A DNA stretch of 64,000 nt, taken from assembly GCA_965216325.1 (NCBI GenBank), contig OZ244160.1, positions 864,001-928,000 on the forward strand, in the 5' to 3' direction. The position numbers were made by a program, and so were the translations under genes. The notes below the pieces were generated by a model, which saw only the letters and a list, made by a program, of their open reading frames with translations, searched no databases and had not been told where the DNA came from. The first letter of the stretch is position 1; each line of letters opens with the position of its first letter. Source of the DNA: Coraliomargarita sp. (GTDB lineage Bacteria; Verrucomicrobiota; Verrucomicrobiia; Opitutales; Coraliomargaritaceae). Positions 41,760 through 54,610 of the stretch are shown here, one piece after another.

Positions 41760-42398
41760 CTATGCCTTCACCTTAAACAAGGTGCCGCCTAGGCTACGGG
41801 GCTTCTGCTCGGAGGTGGCGGTGCCTTCGTCGCTGATCAGTTGGCCGTCTTCAAAGTAGCCGGGCTCTTTTCGCCAGTGCTTTTCGAGTTCGTCGTAGAG
41901 GTCGAGTAGCTCGTCGAGTTCGGTCACGCGGAATTCGATAGTTTTGGCATGTGTGGCGATCGGGTATTCTTTCATCACGACGTCGCCGGTGATGGTTTCG
42001 GTGATGCCGCGGGCTTTGTCGGCCATGGCTTGCACGCCGGGGACGTTCGCTGCACTGCCCGTTGGGATACCCGTCGTCGCTGTTGTAACGTTGCTCACTG
42101 CAGCGGCGTATTCGCCAGGCATCAGAGGGCGGGAGTAGTAGATGCGCAGTAGCGCATTGGCGTCAGTCATGACATTCACTTCAACGACTCGAAAGCCAGT
42201 GGTAATGTATTCCTGCTTAGAGATGGAGCGGAGCATGTTTTCACGTGCGAAGTAAGCTCGGGTTTCGCCCGGAAATTCGATGCCGAAGAGCTGCTTGTTA
42301 CGAATTGCGTTGGTGTCGACAGTGACTGCGCCTGCAGTGCTGAGGGCAGACAGTCCAAGTAGGAACAAGGGGGTAAATAGTTTGGTTTTAAGAAACAT
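41760..42398 (-). CDS. secreted hypothetical protein
   Basis: Signal peptide MFLKTKLFTPLFLLGLSALSTAGA. Confidence 0.8.
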   Translation of the reverse strand: MFLKTKLFTPLFLLGLSALSTAGAVTVDTNAIRNKQLFGIEFPGETRAYFARENMLRSISKQEYITTGFRVVEVNVMTDANALLRIYYSRPLMPGEYAAAVSNVTTATTGIPTGSAANVPGVQAMADKARGITETITGDVVMKEYPIATHAKTIEFRVTELDELLDLYDELEKHWRKEPGYFEDGQLISDEGTATSEQKPRSLGGTLFKVKA

Positions 42399-42503
42399 TA
42401 TGATTAAGTGTGCTGCGTATGAAACGTGCGGAAAGCAAATATGTTGCACACTTAGTAATTTGATTTTGTGTAACTATTCAAGCCTGTCGCCTATATACCT
42501 CTC

Positions 42504-44156
42504 ATGTTATCTTGCAAAGACCTTACGGTAGAACTCGCGCCCAGTGGCATTCGTATTTTGGACCGCGCATCGGCGCACTTCAAACCGAGGGGGCTCAATG
42601 CAGTGATTGGTCCATCCGGTTGCGGCAAAACGACTTTGGTGAAGGCTATGCTGGGGATTTTGCCGAGTGTCGGGGAGGTCAATTATGCCGGCGAATCGAT
42701 TCAGGGAAGTGAAGATTTACAGGGGAAGTTGGCTTTTGCGCCCCAGTTTAGTATCAGCCACGAACATTTGAGCGTCGAAGAGGCGATCCGTTATGCAATG
42801 GATTTGTGTGTGGCCGATCATTCGGTGAAGGCGGATCGTTTGGAGGAGATTCTCCGGCGGATCGGTTTGAGTGAGCACCGTTCCAAGCGGGTCGGGGGCT
42901 TGAGCGGAGGGCAGTTACGACGCCTGGGCCTGGGCTTGGAATTGGTGGGCGACCCTCAATGCATGGTCTGCGATGAAGTGACCAGTGGTTTGGATCCACG
43001 CTCGGAAGATCAGATTTTGACCGTGTTACAGAAGCTGCGTGATGAGCGTGAGAAGACCTTTATCTGTATCATCCACAACTTGGCCAAGTTGGACTTTTTT
43101 GACTGGATTACGGTGGTGTTCCATGGCGCGGTCGTCTTTCAGGGCTCCTTGGATGAGTTAACGGCTTATTTTGATATTCCGGATGCTTTGCACCTCTATG
43201 ATCGGCTGAACGAGCGCGATATCGAGCATTGGCGTCAGCGCTGGAGCCAGCAGCCGCATGCTACAGTTGTGTTTGAGCATGAACCTGTGCCGGCGACGCC
43301 GCGTCCCAGTGCAACGGAGCAAATGATGACCTTGTTGAAGCGTCGCAGTGTCTTGTTTGCACGTGATAAAGGTTACTGGCTGTTGACTTTGGGAATCACG
43401 ATCGGCTTTCCGCTACTGGTTTGGATTTTTGCGATTGATGGCCTGCCGCAGTTGCGCGGGGTGGCGATGGATGCCACCGCAGGCTTCCGAGAGCAATTTG
43501 AGGCCGATCTACGTTTTCAAGTCGATGCCTTGGAAACGGCGTCTTTAGTGACGGGCCTAATTCTTTTCCAAGTCATTTTGCTCACCCTGATGGGGTCGAA
43601 TAATGGTGCGCGTGAAATTGCCGGAGAGCGTGAGCTCTACGAAAAAGAGCGCTTTGCGGGCCTTCGGCCGGGCGCATATGCAGTCAGTAAGTTGATTTTT
43701 GCGTCGTCGATAGCACTGCTGCAGGGGCTGTATATGGCCTTTTTTGTGAAAACGATGTGTGCCTTTCCCGGGCCAGTGCTGCCACAGTTTGGGATATTGA
43801 TGCTTTGCTGCGTATCCATGACAGCGGTATGTTTGGGCTTCTCGGCCACCTTGGGATCGGCTGATAAGGCGTCCTTGGTATCGGTTTACATGGTTGGATT
43901 TCAGCTGCCGCTCTCGGGCATCGTTCTCGCTTTGCCAGACTTCTTAGTCTGGGGCTGTCGTCCATTTATCAACGCCTATTGGGCCTGGGCGGGCTACTTT
44001 GGTTCGATGATCGATACGCGTTTTTTCGACGCCTACCGGATGCATAATTCGGATATGATGCCGAGCCCCTTGCTCGGGAGTTTAGTGCTCTTGGCTCAAT
44101 TCGCTGTCGGATCCGCTCTAGTCTTTTGGGGTTGCCAGAAAAAACGTTGGAATTAA
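42504..44156 (+). CDS. fused ABC ATPase-permease (ABCG/ABC-2 topology, NBD first)
   Basis: [23 protein letters not shown], about six C-terminal TMs, EIAGER..YEKER. Confidence 0.92.
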   Translation: MLSCKDLTVELAPSGIRILDRASAHFKPRGLNAVIGPSGCGKTTLVKAMLGILPSVGEVNYAGESIQGSEDLQGKLAFAPQFSISHEHLSVEEAIRYAMDLCVADHSVKADRLEEILRRIGLSEHRSKRVGGLSGGQLRRLGLGLELVGDPQCMVCDEVTSGLDPRSEDQILTVLQKLRDEREKTFICIIHNLAKLDFFDWITVVFHGAVVFQGSLDELTAYFDIPDALHLYDRLNERDIEHWRQRWSQQPHATVVFEHEPVPATPRPSATEQMMTLLKRRSVLFARDKGYWLLTLGITIGFPLLVWIFAIDGLPQLRGVAMDATAGFREQFEADLRFQVDALETASLVTGLILFQVILLTLMGSNNGAREIAGERELYEKERFAGLRPGAYAVSKLIFASSIALLQGLYMAFFVKTMCAFPGPVLPQFGILMLCCVSMTAVCLGFSATLGSADKASLVSVYMVGFQLPLSGIVLALPDFLVWGCRPFINAYWAWAGYFGSMIDTRFFDAYRMHNSDMMPSPLLGSLVLLAQFAVGSALVFWGCQKKRWN

Positions 44157-44198
44157 CGCTCAGCGAAACTTTTGTCTATCTTTCGCGTTACTAAAAAT

Positions 44199-44591
44199 AT
44201 GCTTTTATCCCGAACGAAACAAAGGGGCAGCGCACTGCCCATCGTTATCGGAGTGGTTGTCCTAGTCATGGCAATCGGTCTGTTTGTGAGTCTCCAGTCG
44301 AATGGTGCCAGCGATCTGGAGCCATTTCCGGCGAAGAGCTATCTGGAAAGCCCCGGGGACTTCCTTGGCAATACCTACGTATTGAATGCTCAAATTGATT
44401 TCCAACTTCGTTGGGAAAAGGGAGTCGGTCGTGTGCTTGCGGTTAAGGTGGCGGGCGATGACCGCACACGTATCCCTGTCTTCGTGCCGGACACAATTGG
44501 TGCGAATGTGCACAAGGGCCAACGTTATGAACTTGAAGTGTTAATTGAAGAGGGAGGGCTGATCTATGTGGAAGCGTTGCGTAAATATTAG
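44199..44591 (+). CDS. membrane-anchored small beta protein (OB-fold-like) with pilin-like leader
   Basis: [23 protein letters not shown] followed by a short beta-rich domain. Confidence 0.75.
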   Translation: MLLSRTKQRGSALPIVIGVVVLVMAIGLFVSLQSNGASDLEPFPAKSYLESPGDFLGNTYVLNAQIDFQLRWEKGVGRVLAVKVAGDDRTRIPVFVPDTIGANVHKGQRYELEVLIEEGGLIYVEALRKY

Positions 44592-46524
44592 TCTGGCGCT
44601 TTCTGTTGGTGCGGCGTCGTATACTACGGCTCAAGGAGTATCTTCTTACCAGCCACCTGTTACGCAGCCGGCAGCTCAGCCAGCAACGACTCAGGCGGGT
44701 GTAATTGCTCCGACGAACGGCTCTTTGGAAAGTAACACCTTTCTCACCATGGCGGATCGTGTTTTCAATCCGGACAGCGATTCGATGGACTTTGAAAACG
44801 GTAGCTTCGTCTGGAAGGGGCGCAGCTTTAGCTTAGTCAATCAGCGTGCGTTTCGTGCGCGTCTGGAGCGTTTCTTGCTCTCTGAGCCAAATGAGGATGA
44901 TGAAAGTTATGCATTGATCATGCAGGACATTCTGGACCGCTTGTCGGTTTCCGAAGTTGGCAGTGATGATGACATTCTGGAGACATGGGAGTTACTGTTC
45001 CGTGCATCCGAGTTTGTTTCAGACGGAGGGAATAGCACTATTGTGGCGAATCAGGTGTTTAATGCATGGCGTATACGCAAGGAAAGCCGTGGGGTGGCAT
45101 TGTCTCAGCGTGAGCTGGAGCAGATTCGCAAATATCAGCAAGAGGTGGTCGCAAACCGTTCGTTGATGATTCAGAAACTTCAGGAACAGCAGGCTCAAGA
45201 GTCTGTTCGTATGTCTGAGAGCAAAGGTAAGGGGAAGAAAAGTAAGAGCTCGAAGGGAGACTCACAACTTGCGAGTGAGGCGGCGTTCCGCGCCTTGGAT
45301 CTTGTCGAGACCGAGGCCAAGTTGCTCGCTTTAGAGGGGCAAGCCGCGACGACTGCGATGGTTGCGAAGTTACAGTTCCAAAGTCAGATCGTGAGCTTTT
45401 TGCAACAGCGCCGCTTCCAACATGCGCTGGTTCTGTGTGGGTTTTATCAGTTGATCTTTAAGGGCTCCCAGCAGCAGCTCGAAGTGGGGAAGGACCAACT
45501 CCAGTCATTCTTTCCCAATAGTGACCTGAGCTTCACTGTGGATACGATCGCCTTTGTTTCGAATGAAGCGATCAACGACATTCGTAAGGGGGTCGATTCA
45601 GTTAACACTGCCTATGCTGAAGATCGCCAGCTAATTGCGCTCGAGCGTTTGCAGGAAACCTTCTTTCTCGGAGAGTATGTGCCGGAGCTGAATTTGATTC
45701 CGAAGGAACAGCGTCGTCACCTGCTGGACCTGTATCGCTCTATGATGGAAGCCAACGAATTGGCGGAAGCTAAAGATTACAACGGCGTTGCTGAGATGGC
45801 TGAAGAAATACATGCCCTTGCTAAGGACTTCCCGAAGAACCGTGTGTTGTCGAGTATCGAGACTGCCAAAAGTATGAGTGACATGGCTGTCTTTGCGGCT
45901 TCGCAGTATCGCAATCTCGGCGACATCGACAAGGCGCGCAACGAGTTGCAAACAGCAATTGAGATCTGGCCATCGAACCCGGCAATTCGTGATTTTCAGC
46001 AAGAAACCACACGTATGGCGACTGCTGGTTCTCAGGGAGTAATCGCATTCGACGACTTGTATAAACGAAAGGACTATCGTGGCATCTATGAGAATCGTAT
46101 GGAACTCGGGTTCGCACTTGCTGAAGACCCGCAGCGTCGCCCGCTGCTAATGGAAGTGATTGATCAGGTCAGCCGGGTCGAGCTTCTCGTGGCGCAAAGT
46201 GCGGAGCTGGATACGCAGGGCGAGCCCTATGCGGCGTGGGAGCTTTTGGCGGAGGCGGCTAAGATCAGTGCCGATGATGCTGCCTTGAACAAGGCGCGTG
46301 CTGAGCTTGCGCCGCGTGTTGCGGACTTTGTGCAGTATCTGAACCGCGCGGAGCGTCAGGCGGAGGATGGCCATCCCGCCGGATCTCTAGCAGCGTATTT
46401 GAAGGCTCAGGATATCTATCCGGCAAGTCGACTGTGCCGCGAAGGTATTGAGACTCAGGCAAACCGTATTATGGCCTTGGTTCAGGAAAATCAAGCGAGC
46501 TCAAACTCTAGCGAGCAACCGTAG
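44566..46524 (+). CDS. large secreted alpha-helical/TPR-like protein
   Basis: Signal peptide, coiled coil, TPR-like turns ([16 protein letters not shown]). Confidence 0.8.
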   Translation: MWKRCVNISLALSVGAASYTTAQGVSSYQPPVTQPAAQPATTQAGVIAPTNGSLESNTFLTMADRVFNPDSDSMDFENGSFVWKGRSFSLVNQRAFRARLERFLLSEPNEDDESYALIMQDILDRLSVSEVGSDDDILETWELLFRASEFVSDGGNSTIVANQVFNAWRIRKESRGVALSQRELEQIRKYQQEVVANRSLMIQKLQEQQAQESVRMSESKGKGKKSKSSKGDSQLASEAAFRALDLVETEAKLLALEGQAATTAMVAKLQFQSQIVSFLQQRRFQHALVLCGFYQLIFKGSQQQLEVGKDQLQSFFPNSDLSFTVDTIAFVSNEAINDIRKGVDSVNTAYAEDRQLIALERLQETFFLGEYVPELNLIPKEQRRHLLDLYRSMMEANELAEAKDYNGVAEMAEEIHALAKDFPKNRVLSSIETAKSMSDMAVFAASQYRNLGDIDKARNELQTAIEIWPSNPAIRDFQQETTRMATAGSQGVIAFDDLYKRKDYRGIYENRMELGFALAEDPQRRPLLMEVIDQVSRVELLVAQSAELDTQGEPYAAWELLAEAAKISADDAALNKARAELAPRVADFVQYLNRAERQAEDGHPAGSLAAYLKAQDIYPASRLCREGIETQANRIMALVQENQASSNSSEQP

Positions 46525-46605
46525 CAGTTTGATTCCGTAGGCTATCCTACAAGAGTAAGCGTCTCGTTTGTATCCCTATTTTAAATACGCAGGCAATATC
46601 CTGTG

Positions 46606-47496
46606 CTATGCGCCCAGCAAGGCATTCACACGTGCTTTGGTGGGCAAGGCGCTGCGGGCACCTTGGGCTAAGCAGGTGAGGGCACCAGTCGCGCAGGCAC
46701 GGCGGAAGTTGTTGTGCAGATTGAAGCCTTGTGCGAGTCCAAGCGCAAAGGCGCCGTGAAAGGCATCGCCGGCTCCAGTAGTATCGACCGCATCGATGTC
46801 AAAGGCGCTTATGTGGTGTTGCCCGTGGTCGTCCTGCCAATAGACGCCTTCGGCTCCCCAGGTGGCGGCAATCACCGGTGCAGCACCATCGAGTGCTGCG
46901 AGTGCCATGCGTGGGTCGTCCTCGTGGCTCATCTGTTTGGCGAACTTCTCAGATGCGATGAGATAGTCGACTTTGTTGAATAAGAGCTGGGTGCCGTCGT
47001 TGATGGAGCCGGCATCGAGCACGGACGGAATGCCGAGTTCTCGAGCTTCTTCTACCAGCTTGAGTGAGAGTAGTGGTTGATGGCCGTCGATCAGTAGCAC
47101 TTTGGCTGGATGCGTGTGCAGTGAGATTGCATCCTCCGGACTGATCGCTTTGGGCGAGCGGTAATCGATAATTGAGCGCGCACCATCTGGTTTGATCGTG
47201 ACCGCTGCGACGGGAGTGGGGGCCTCGCCCAGATTCAGCCCTTCGGTGTCGACGCCTTCTACCTGTAGTTCATCCAGATGAGCTTGGCCAAAAGCATCCT
47301 GCCCAAGGTAGCCGACAAAACGCGCACTGCCTTCGAGGCGAGCGATCGTGACTGCGGCGTTGGCTGCCGGACCACCGCCGCAGGTATGCATTGCGGTGGC
47401 TCGCAGTTTCTCATCCGCCCTCGGATGGTGTGAGGCTGCAAAATTGATGTCCACGCACGCGTAGCCGACGCAGAGGACATCGATGGGCTCGGACAT
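46606..47496 (-). CDS. PfkB family carbohydrate kinase
   Basis: [22 protein letters not shown]. Confidence 0.93.
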   Translation of the reverse strand: MSEPIDVLCVGYACVDINFAASHHPRADEKLRATAMHTCGGGPAANAAVTIARLEGSARFVGYLGQDAFGQAHLDELQVEGVDTEGLNLGEAPTPVAAVTIKPDGARSIIDYRSPKAISPEDAISLHTHPAKVLLIDGHQPLLSLKLVEEARELGIPSVLDAGSINDGTQLLFNKVDYLIASEKFAKQMSHEDDPRMALAALDGAAPVIAATWGAEGVYWQDDHGQHHISAFDIDAVDTTGAGDAFHGAFALGLAQGFNLHNNFRRACATGALTCLAQGARSALPTKARVNALLGA

Positions 47497-47497
47497 C

Positions 47498-49288
47498 TTA
47501 GTAGACGTCGCGCAGGTAGCGCTTGTCAGATTTGAGTTGCTTCACGTAGGCCGCTGCGTCGTCTTCGCTCAGGCCGCCTTCCTTAGCGATCACATCGTGG
47601 AGCGCCTTGTCGACGTCGGCTGCCATACGGCTGGCATCGCCACAGACGTAGAAGGATGCGCCGTCTTGGAGCCACTGATAGAGTTCCTTGCTGTTCTCGA
47701 GCATGCGATCCTGCACATAGATCTTGTGTGCTTGGTCGCGGGAGAAGGCGACGTCGAGCTTGTTGAGCACGCCGTCCGCCAGGTAGCTTTGGAATTCGGT
47801 CTGATACAGGAAGTCGGTCAGGTAGTGCTGATCGCCAAAGATCAGCCAGTTCTTGCCGGCTGCTTCGGTTGCTGCGCGCTCTTCGATGAAGGCGCGGAAC
47901 GGAGCGATACCGGTGCCGGGGCCGACCATGATGACTGGTGCATTCGGATCAGCGGGGAGCTTGAAGTTTTTGTTTGGCGTGACGAAGACGTCGGCTTTTT
48001 GGCCTTCTTCAATGCGATCCGCTAGGTAGGTCGAGCAGACGCCCTTGCGCTCGCGGCCGTTGGAGTCGTAACGAACGACACCGACTGTGAGGTGGACTTC
48101 GTCTTCGTGTGCCTTCGGGCTGGAAGCGATCGAGTAAAGGCGTGGCGGAAGCTTGCGCATGATGCTCGCGAGACCTTGTGCATCGAGCTCCTTGGCAGGG
48201 AAGTCGACGAGCACATCGACGATTTCACGGCCCCAGCTGTAGTCGTTGAGCTTTTCCTTGTCGTTGATCAGTGCTTCAAGTTCGGTGCTTTTGGCGAACT
48301 CGTTGTAGCGATTGAGCACTGGCTTGGAGATGGCGGTAATATCCAGCTGGCTAGTGAGTGCGTCGCGAAGTGTGAACTCGCCGTCCTTAAGTGTGACCTT
48401 GGCGGCACCGTCGAGCTTGGTTGCTTCAAGGATCGCGTCGATCACGTCGTCGGCGTTGTGCGGCACGACTGCAAGGGCATCGCCAGTCTCGTAGGTGAGC
48501 CCGGAACCTTCGAGGTCGAATTCAAGGTGGATGGTTTCCTTGGCGGAACCTTTGCCATTGAGAAGCACGCGTTCCTTCAATTCAGCGGGGAATGGGTTCT
48601 TGCGAGAGTATTTCACTGCAGGAGCAGCTGCGGCTGCGACGCCTGCTGCAGCAACCGGTGCGGCAGTGGTGATCGCTTCCTTGGCGAGTGCATCGAGTGC
48701 GGCATTGACCCATGCGGCGTAATCGTCGTCGTAGTCGACATCGCAGTCCTTACGATCCGCAATGCGCTTACCGCCGAGTGCTTCGAGGCGCGCGTCGAAA
48801 TCTTTGCCCATTTTGCAGAAGTGCTCGTAGCTGGTGTCACCGAGACCGAGCACGGAGAAACGCACGCCGTCAAATTTCGGCGCGCTGTCGCCCATGAAGT
48901 TTTCGTAGAAATCAACGGAGTTTTCCGGTGGATCGCCTTCGCCCCAAGTGCTGACGATCACGAGCAGGTTTTCAACCTTCTTGAGTTTGGCCGGGTTGAT
49001 GTCGCCCATGCTGACTGCCTTGGCCTTGAAGCCTTTGGCATTGGCAGCCTTTGCGGTTTGGTCGGCGAGACCCTCGGCATTGCCGGACTCGGAGCCGAAG
49101 AGCACGGTCAGCTCAGGTTTCGCTGCCGGAGTTGCAGGGGCTGCCGCTGCGGCGCCACCTTGACCGGCGCGCAGGCCACTGATGAATCCTTCGAGCCAGA
49201 GCACTTGGTCGGGCTGCAAAGTCGGCAGCACGGCATTGAGTGCTTGCTGCTGTTCGGGGGTTAGTGGCGATGTTGCTGGAATAGTCAT
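47498..49288 (-). CDS. cysJ: sulfite reductase flavoprotein subunit
   Basis: [42 protein letters not shown]. Confidence 0.95.
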   Translation of the reverse strand: MTIPATSPLTPEQQQALNAVLPTLQPDQVLWLEGFISGLRAGQGGAAAAAPATPAAKPELTVLFGSESGNAEGLADQTAKAANAKGFKAKAVSMGDINPAKLKKVENLLVIVSTWGEGDPPENSVDFYENFMGDSAPKFDGVRFSVLGLGDTSYEHFCKMGKDFDARLEALGGKRIADRKDCDVDYDDDYAAWVNAALDALAKEAITTAAPVAAAGVAAAAAPAVKYSRKNPFPAELKERVLLNGKGSAKETIHLEFDLEGSGLTYETGDALAVVPHNADDVIDAILEATKLDGAAKVTLKDGEFTLRDALTSQLDITAISKPVLNRYNEFAKSTELEALINDKEKLNDYSWGREIVDVLVDFPAKELDAQGLASIMRKLPPRLYSIASSPKAHEDEVHLTVGVVRYDSNGRERKGVCSTYLADRIEEGQKADVFVTPNKNFKLPADPNAPVIMVGPGTGIAPFRAFIEERAATEAAGKNWLIFGDQHYLTDFLYQTEFQSYLADGVLNKLDVAFSRDQAHKIYVQDRMLENSKELYQWLQDGASFYVCGDASRMAADVDKALHDVIAKEGGLSEDDAAAYVKQLKSDKRYLRDVY

Positions 49289-49492
49289 AGCAATAAGAGG
49301 ATCTGGTAAAGTTGTTGAAATGAATCAATTGTTGGCCGAAATGCTAGCATGAATTGCCGCTTTTGGTCTTTTCTTGGGTTTTTGAGTGACAAACCTAAGA
49401 AAAGAGTCAATTTAATCCGAAAATAATTTGCGCCCCCGTGCTTGAGCGGGCAGTTTGCGCAGCTTTATCGAACGCATTTATTACCGAGTATT

Positions 49493-51259
49493 ATGATCTC
49501 CGACAGTCAGGCACCGCAGAAATTGCATAAGAACGAAGGCATCAAGACCAACAGTAACTACCTACGAGGCACGCTACTGGAAAGTCTCGCAGATGTCTCC
49601 ACGGGTGCAATCGCATCCGACGACCAGCAGCTTTCCAAGTTCCACGGTTTGTATCAGCAGGACGATCGCGATGTGCGCAACGACCGCCGCAAGCACAAGC
49701 TGGACAAGGCCTATTCCTTTTTGGCACGTATCTGCCTTCCCGGCGGTGTGACCACTCCAGAACAATGGTTGGTCGTCGATGAATTGGCCAGCTTCTGTGC
49801 CTTCAACACTATCAAGTTGACCACCCGTCAGGCCTATCAGCTACACGGTATCTTGAAGGGCAACCTAAAGGAAGTGATCAGCCGCTGTAATGAAACTGCG
49901 ATGACGACGCTCGCGGCTTGTGGTGATGTGAACCGCAACGTGATGTGCATTCCAAATCCGGATGAGAGCGACGTGCACGCCGAAGTGCAGCGTATTACTG
50001 AAGAAATCGACGCGCACCTGAAGCCACAGACGCCTGCGTTCAGCGAAATGTGGTTGGACGGCAAGCCGATCAAGCTTGGTCTCGAAGCTGAAGAGGGACG
50101 CTCGCAAGATTGTGGTGGCGATGAAGTGGAGCCGCTTTACGGTAAGACCTACCTGCCGCGTAAGTTCAAGATTGCGGTTGCGATCCCGCCGAACAACGAC
50201 GTCGATATTTTCGCCAACTGCCTTGGCTTTATAGCGATCATCGAAGACGGCAAGCTCGCTGGCTTCAACGTGACTGTTGGTGGTGGCATGGGCATGACCC
50301 ACGGCAACGAGGCGACCTTCCCGCGCCTCGCGGACGTGCTTTGCTTCTGTAAGCCAGAGCAAGCAGTGGCGGTTGCGGAGAAGATCGTAACCATCCAGCG
50401 CGACCACGGTAACCGTGTGGAGCGTGCCAATGCGCGCTTCAAGTATACCGTCGAACGCCTTGGAGTGGACTGGATCCGTAAGGAGCTTGAAAACCGTCTT
50501 GGTTACGAACTCGAAGATGCACGTGATTACAAGTTTACTGACAATGGCGACCGCTTCGGCTGGCGCGCAGGCGCAAACGGTAAGTGGCACCTTGGTCTGT
50601 TCATCGAAGGTGGTCGTGTCGTGGACACCGAAGGCAAGCCATTGAAGACTGGCATGCGTGAGATCGCTAAGGTCCACAAGGGGGACTTCCGTCTCACGGG
50701 TAACCAGAACCTGATCATTGGTAACGTTGCTGCTGAAGACAAAGATCAGATCGATGCTCTGGTTGAGCAATATGGTCTCGATGGCTACAAGACTGCGACA
50801 GGTTTACGCAAGGGACAGATCGCTTGTGTGGCGCTGCCAACCTGTGGTCTCGCACTTGCTGAGTCTGAGCGCTATCTGCCAACACTGGTGGATGCACTTG
50901 AAGATACGATCGAGAAGGCGGGCCTGCGTGACGATTCCATCGTTATTCGCTCGACCGGTTGCCCGAATGGCTGTGGCCGTCCATACCTTGGCGAGATCGG
51001 TCTCGTTGGTAAGGTTCCAGGCAAATACAATTTATATCTCGGCGCTGGTTTTGAAGGTCAGCGTTTGAACAAGCTTTATCGCACATCCGTCACGCATGAC
51101 GAGATCGTTGAGGCGCTCAAGCCAATCATCCTAGACTACGCTAAGGAGCGTGCAGAGGGCGAACGCTTCGGTGACTTCACTATCCGTAAGGGCTATGTGA
51201 AGGCGACATCGGCTGGGAACCAGTTCCACGCCGACATTGCGGACGAGGCGAAGAAGTAG
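49493..51259 (+). CDS. cysI: sulfite reductase hemoprotein subunit
   Basis: YLPRKFK, CVALPTC, TGCPNGC. Confidence 0.96.
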   Translation: MISDSQAPQKLHKNEGIKTNSNYLRGTLLESLADVSTGAIASDDQQLSKFHGLYQQDDRDVRNDRRKHKLDKAYSFLARICLPGGVTTPEQWLVVDELASFCAFNTIKLTTRQAYQLHGILKGNLKEVISRCNETAMTTLAACGDVNRNVMCIPNPDESDVHAEVQRITEEIDAHLKPQTPAFSEMWLDGKPIKLGLEAEEGRSQDCGGDEVEPLYGKTYLPRKFKIAVAIPPNNDVDIFANCLGFIAIIEDGKLAGFNVTVGGGMGMTHGNEATFPRLADVLCFCKPEQAVAVAEKIVTIQRDHGNRVERANARFKYTVERLGVDWIRKELENRLGYELEDARDYKFTDNGDRFGWRAGANGKWHLGLFIEGGRVVDTEGKPLKTGMREIAKVHKGDFRLTGNQNLIIGNVAAEDKDQIDALVEQYGLDGYKTATGLRKGQIACVALPTCGLALAESERYLPTLVDALEDTIEKAGLRDDSIVIRSTGCPNGCGRPYLGEIGLVGKVPGKYNLYLGAGFEGQRLNKLYRTSVTHDEIVEALKPIILDYAKERAEGERFGDFTIRKGYVKATSAGNQFHADIADEAKK

Positions 51260-51281
51260 TTCTTAGGCTAGAATCTTTTTC

Positions 51282-51318
51282 AACAGGCAGACTGCTCGAT
51301 GCGGTCTGCCTGTTTTTT
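51282..51318 (+). terminator. intrinsic terminator of cysI
   Basis: AACAGGCAGACTGC-TCGAT-GCGGTCTGCCTGTTTTTT. Confidence 0.85.
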
Positions 51319-51322
51319 ATAA

Positions 51323-51386
51323 GTAGCACAGGCATCTTGCCTGTGTCGCAGTGAATCGGGTGAAACAGGCGAGACGCCTGTTCTAC
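51323..51386. repeat. REP doublet, GTAGCACAGGC family
   Basis: GTAGCACAGGCATCTTGCCTGTG ... ACAGGCGAGACGCCTGTTCTAC. Confidence 0.8.
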
Positions 51387-51420
51387 ACTTTCCTTGCCAA
51401 GCGTCTATTAGATAAGCAGC

Positions 51421-51846
51421 GTGCTTCGGGTGGAAATAATCGAAGCACAGTTACCATTACTCAGGCATGTCGTGGACTTCGGCTTGGTGGTATTGATCTG
51501 GCTGGTGCAGCTGATTATTTACCCAAGCTTTCGCTATGTGGATCGCACGCAACTGGAGCTCTGGCATAAGCGCTATGTTGCTCGGATTACCGCTGTGGTT
51601 GGCCCTTTGATGATCGCGCAAGTTCTGGTGCTTTCCCTGCAAGTGACTCTTGAGATGAATTGGCTCCATGCGCTCTCGCTCGTGCTTGTTGGATTCTGCT
51701 GGCTCAGTTCCTTTGGGCTGTCGATTCCCTGCCACCGCAAGATCGAACACGGGCAGGGGACTGCTGATGTTTTGGAATGTCTTGTGCGCACTAACTGGCC
51801 ACGCACTGTTTTGTGGACTGCGGTGTTTGTGCTCGGATTGCTTTGA
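51421..51846 (+). CDS. hypothetical 4-TM membrane protein
   Basis: WLVQLIIYP, WH..Y, NWPRT; four hydrophobic segments. Confidence 0.75.
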   Translation: MLRVEIIEAQLPLLRHVVDFGLVVLIWLVQLIIYPSFRYVDRTQLELWHKRYVARITAVVGPLMIAQVLVLSLQVTLEMNWLHALSLVLVGFCWLSSFGLSIPCHRKIEHGQGTADVLECLVRTNWPRTVLWTAVFVLGLL

Positions 51847-51894
51847 CTATGAAAAACGCGAAAGTTTGAGATCGGGACGAAGTTGTCGTCTTTC

Positions 51895-51968
51895 GTAGGG
51901 CTCGTGCTTGCACGATGCCGTCCCGGAAAGGCTTCGGTTCTAAGGCATTCTGCAAGCAGAAGCCTTAC
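51895..51968. repeat. REP doublet, GTAGGG family
   Basis: First 25 nt identical to 13144-13168. Confidence 0.85.
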
Positions 51969-52015
51969 AGCTATTATCCCACACACAGAATTAGGTTATA
52001 CCTGCTTAGGGTGTA

Positions 52016-52054
52016 TAAAACAAACAAGCCCGCTCCAATTTGGAACGGGCTTGT
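52016..52054 (-). terminator. intrinsic terminator of typA
   Basis: ACAAGCCCG...CGGGCTTGT with a T-rich tail on the minus strand. Confidence 0.75.
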
Positions 52055-52076
52055 GGATTAAATCACTAGCGAGGCC

Positions 52077-53906
<1,830 letters not shown>

Positions 53907-54121
53907 GGTATCTAATGCTTAATCGTAATCTTACTCCTGATCTTAATCGCAAACGCCGTGGGGGAGTAGGATTAAGATTACGAGTCGGATTACGATGTGC
54001 TCTTTGAAGAGGGAAGTTGCTGATAAATAATGAACCCCGTCGTCTGTCTTACGGCGGGGTGGTTGAAATCAGCGCGCGATCACGTCGATACGCGGCGGGG
54101 AAGTCAATGGTAATGATACCC

Positions 54122-54526
54122 TTAAATTATCGCGTCGTCTCCGACGTAATCTAGCACTTCGGGGATGCCGACGAATTGTGCGGCAGCTTCTGCGGTCGAG
54201 AAAATGCCGACGTTTTCGGCGTGTTCGACGCGCTGCTGGAATAGGTGGCTCAGTGCGACGACGATGGGGTCATCTGCGATGATGGCCCATTTTGCCTCTC
54301 CAAACAGGTTGGAATCATTCATCAGGCTAGCGAAGGCGTAGAGCTCTACTTTGGTCATGCGCGAGACCGAGCCTCGATAGTCGGCAATGCCTGCGTAGGT
54401 CGGATCGTAGAGCGGATCAGCAAAGAGTTGGTCGGTTTTCTTGGCCAGTTCTTCCACGGTAATCGAGCCGGTGACCGTTTCGACGATCAGTTTGTGCTCA
54501 GGGAGAATTCTGTAGAGATAGTCCAT
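54122..54526 (-). CDS. hypothetical protein (STAS/SpoIIAA-like fold possible)
   Basis: Alternating beta/alpha pattern ending in IFSTAEAAAQFV. Confidence 0.7.
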   Translation of the reverse strand: MDYLYRILPEHKLIVETVTGSITVEELAKKTDQLFADPLYDPTYAGIADYRGSVSRMTKVELYAFASLMNDSNLFGEAKWAIIADDPIVVALSHLFQQRVEHAENVGIFSTAEAAAQFVGIPEVLDYVGDDAII

Positions 54527-54610
54527 TGGGATTCGGATTTCGGGACTGTGTTAAGATGTAAACCGTTTGTAATTTCTATTCTTAGCATAGGTGAAATGAA
54601 TATCAAGTCG

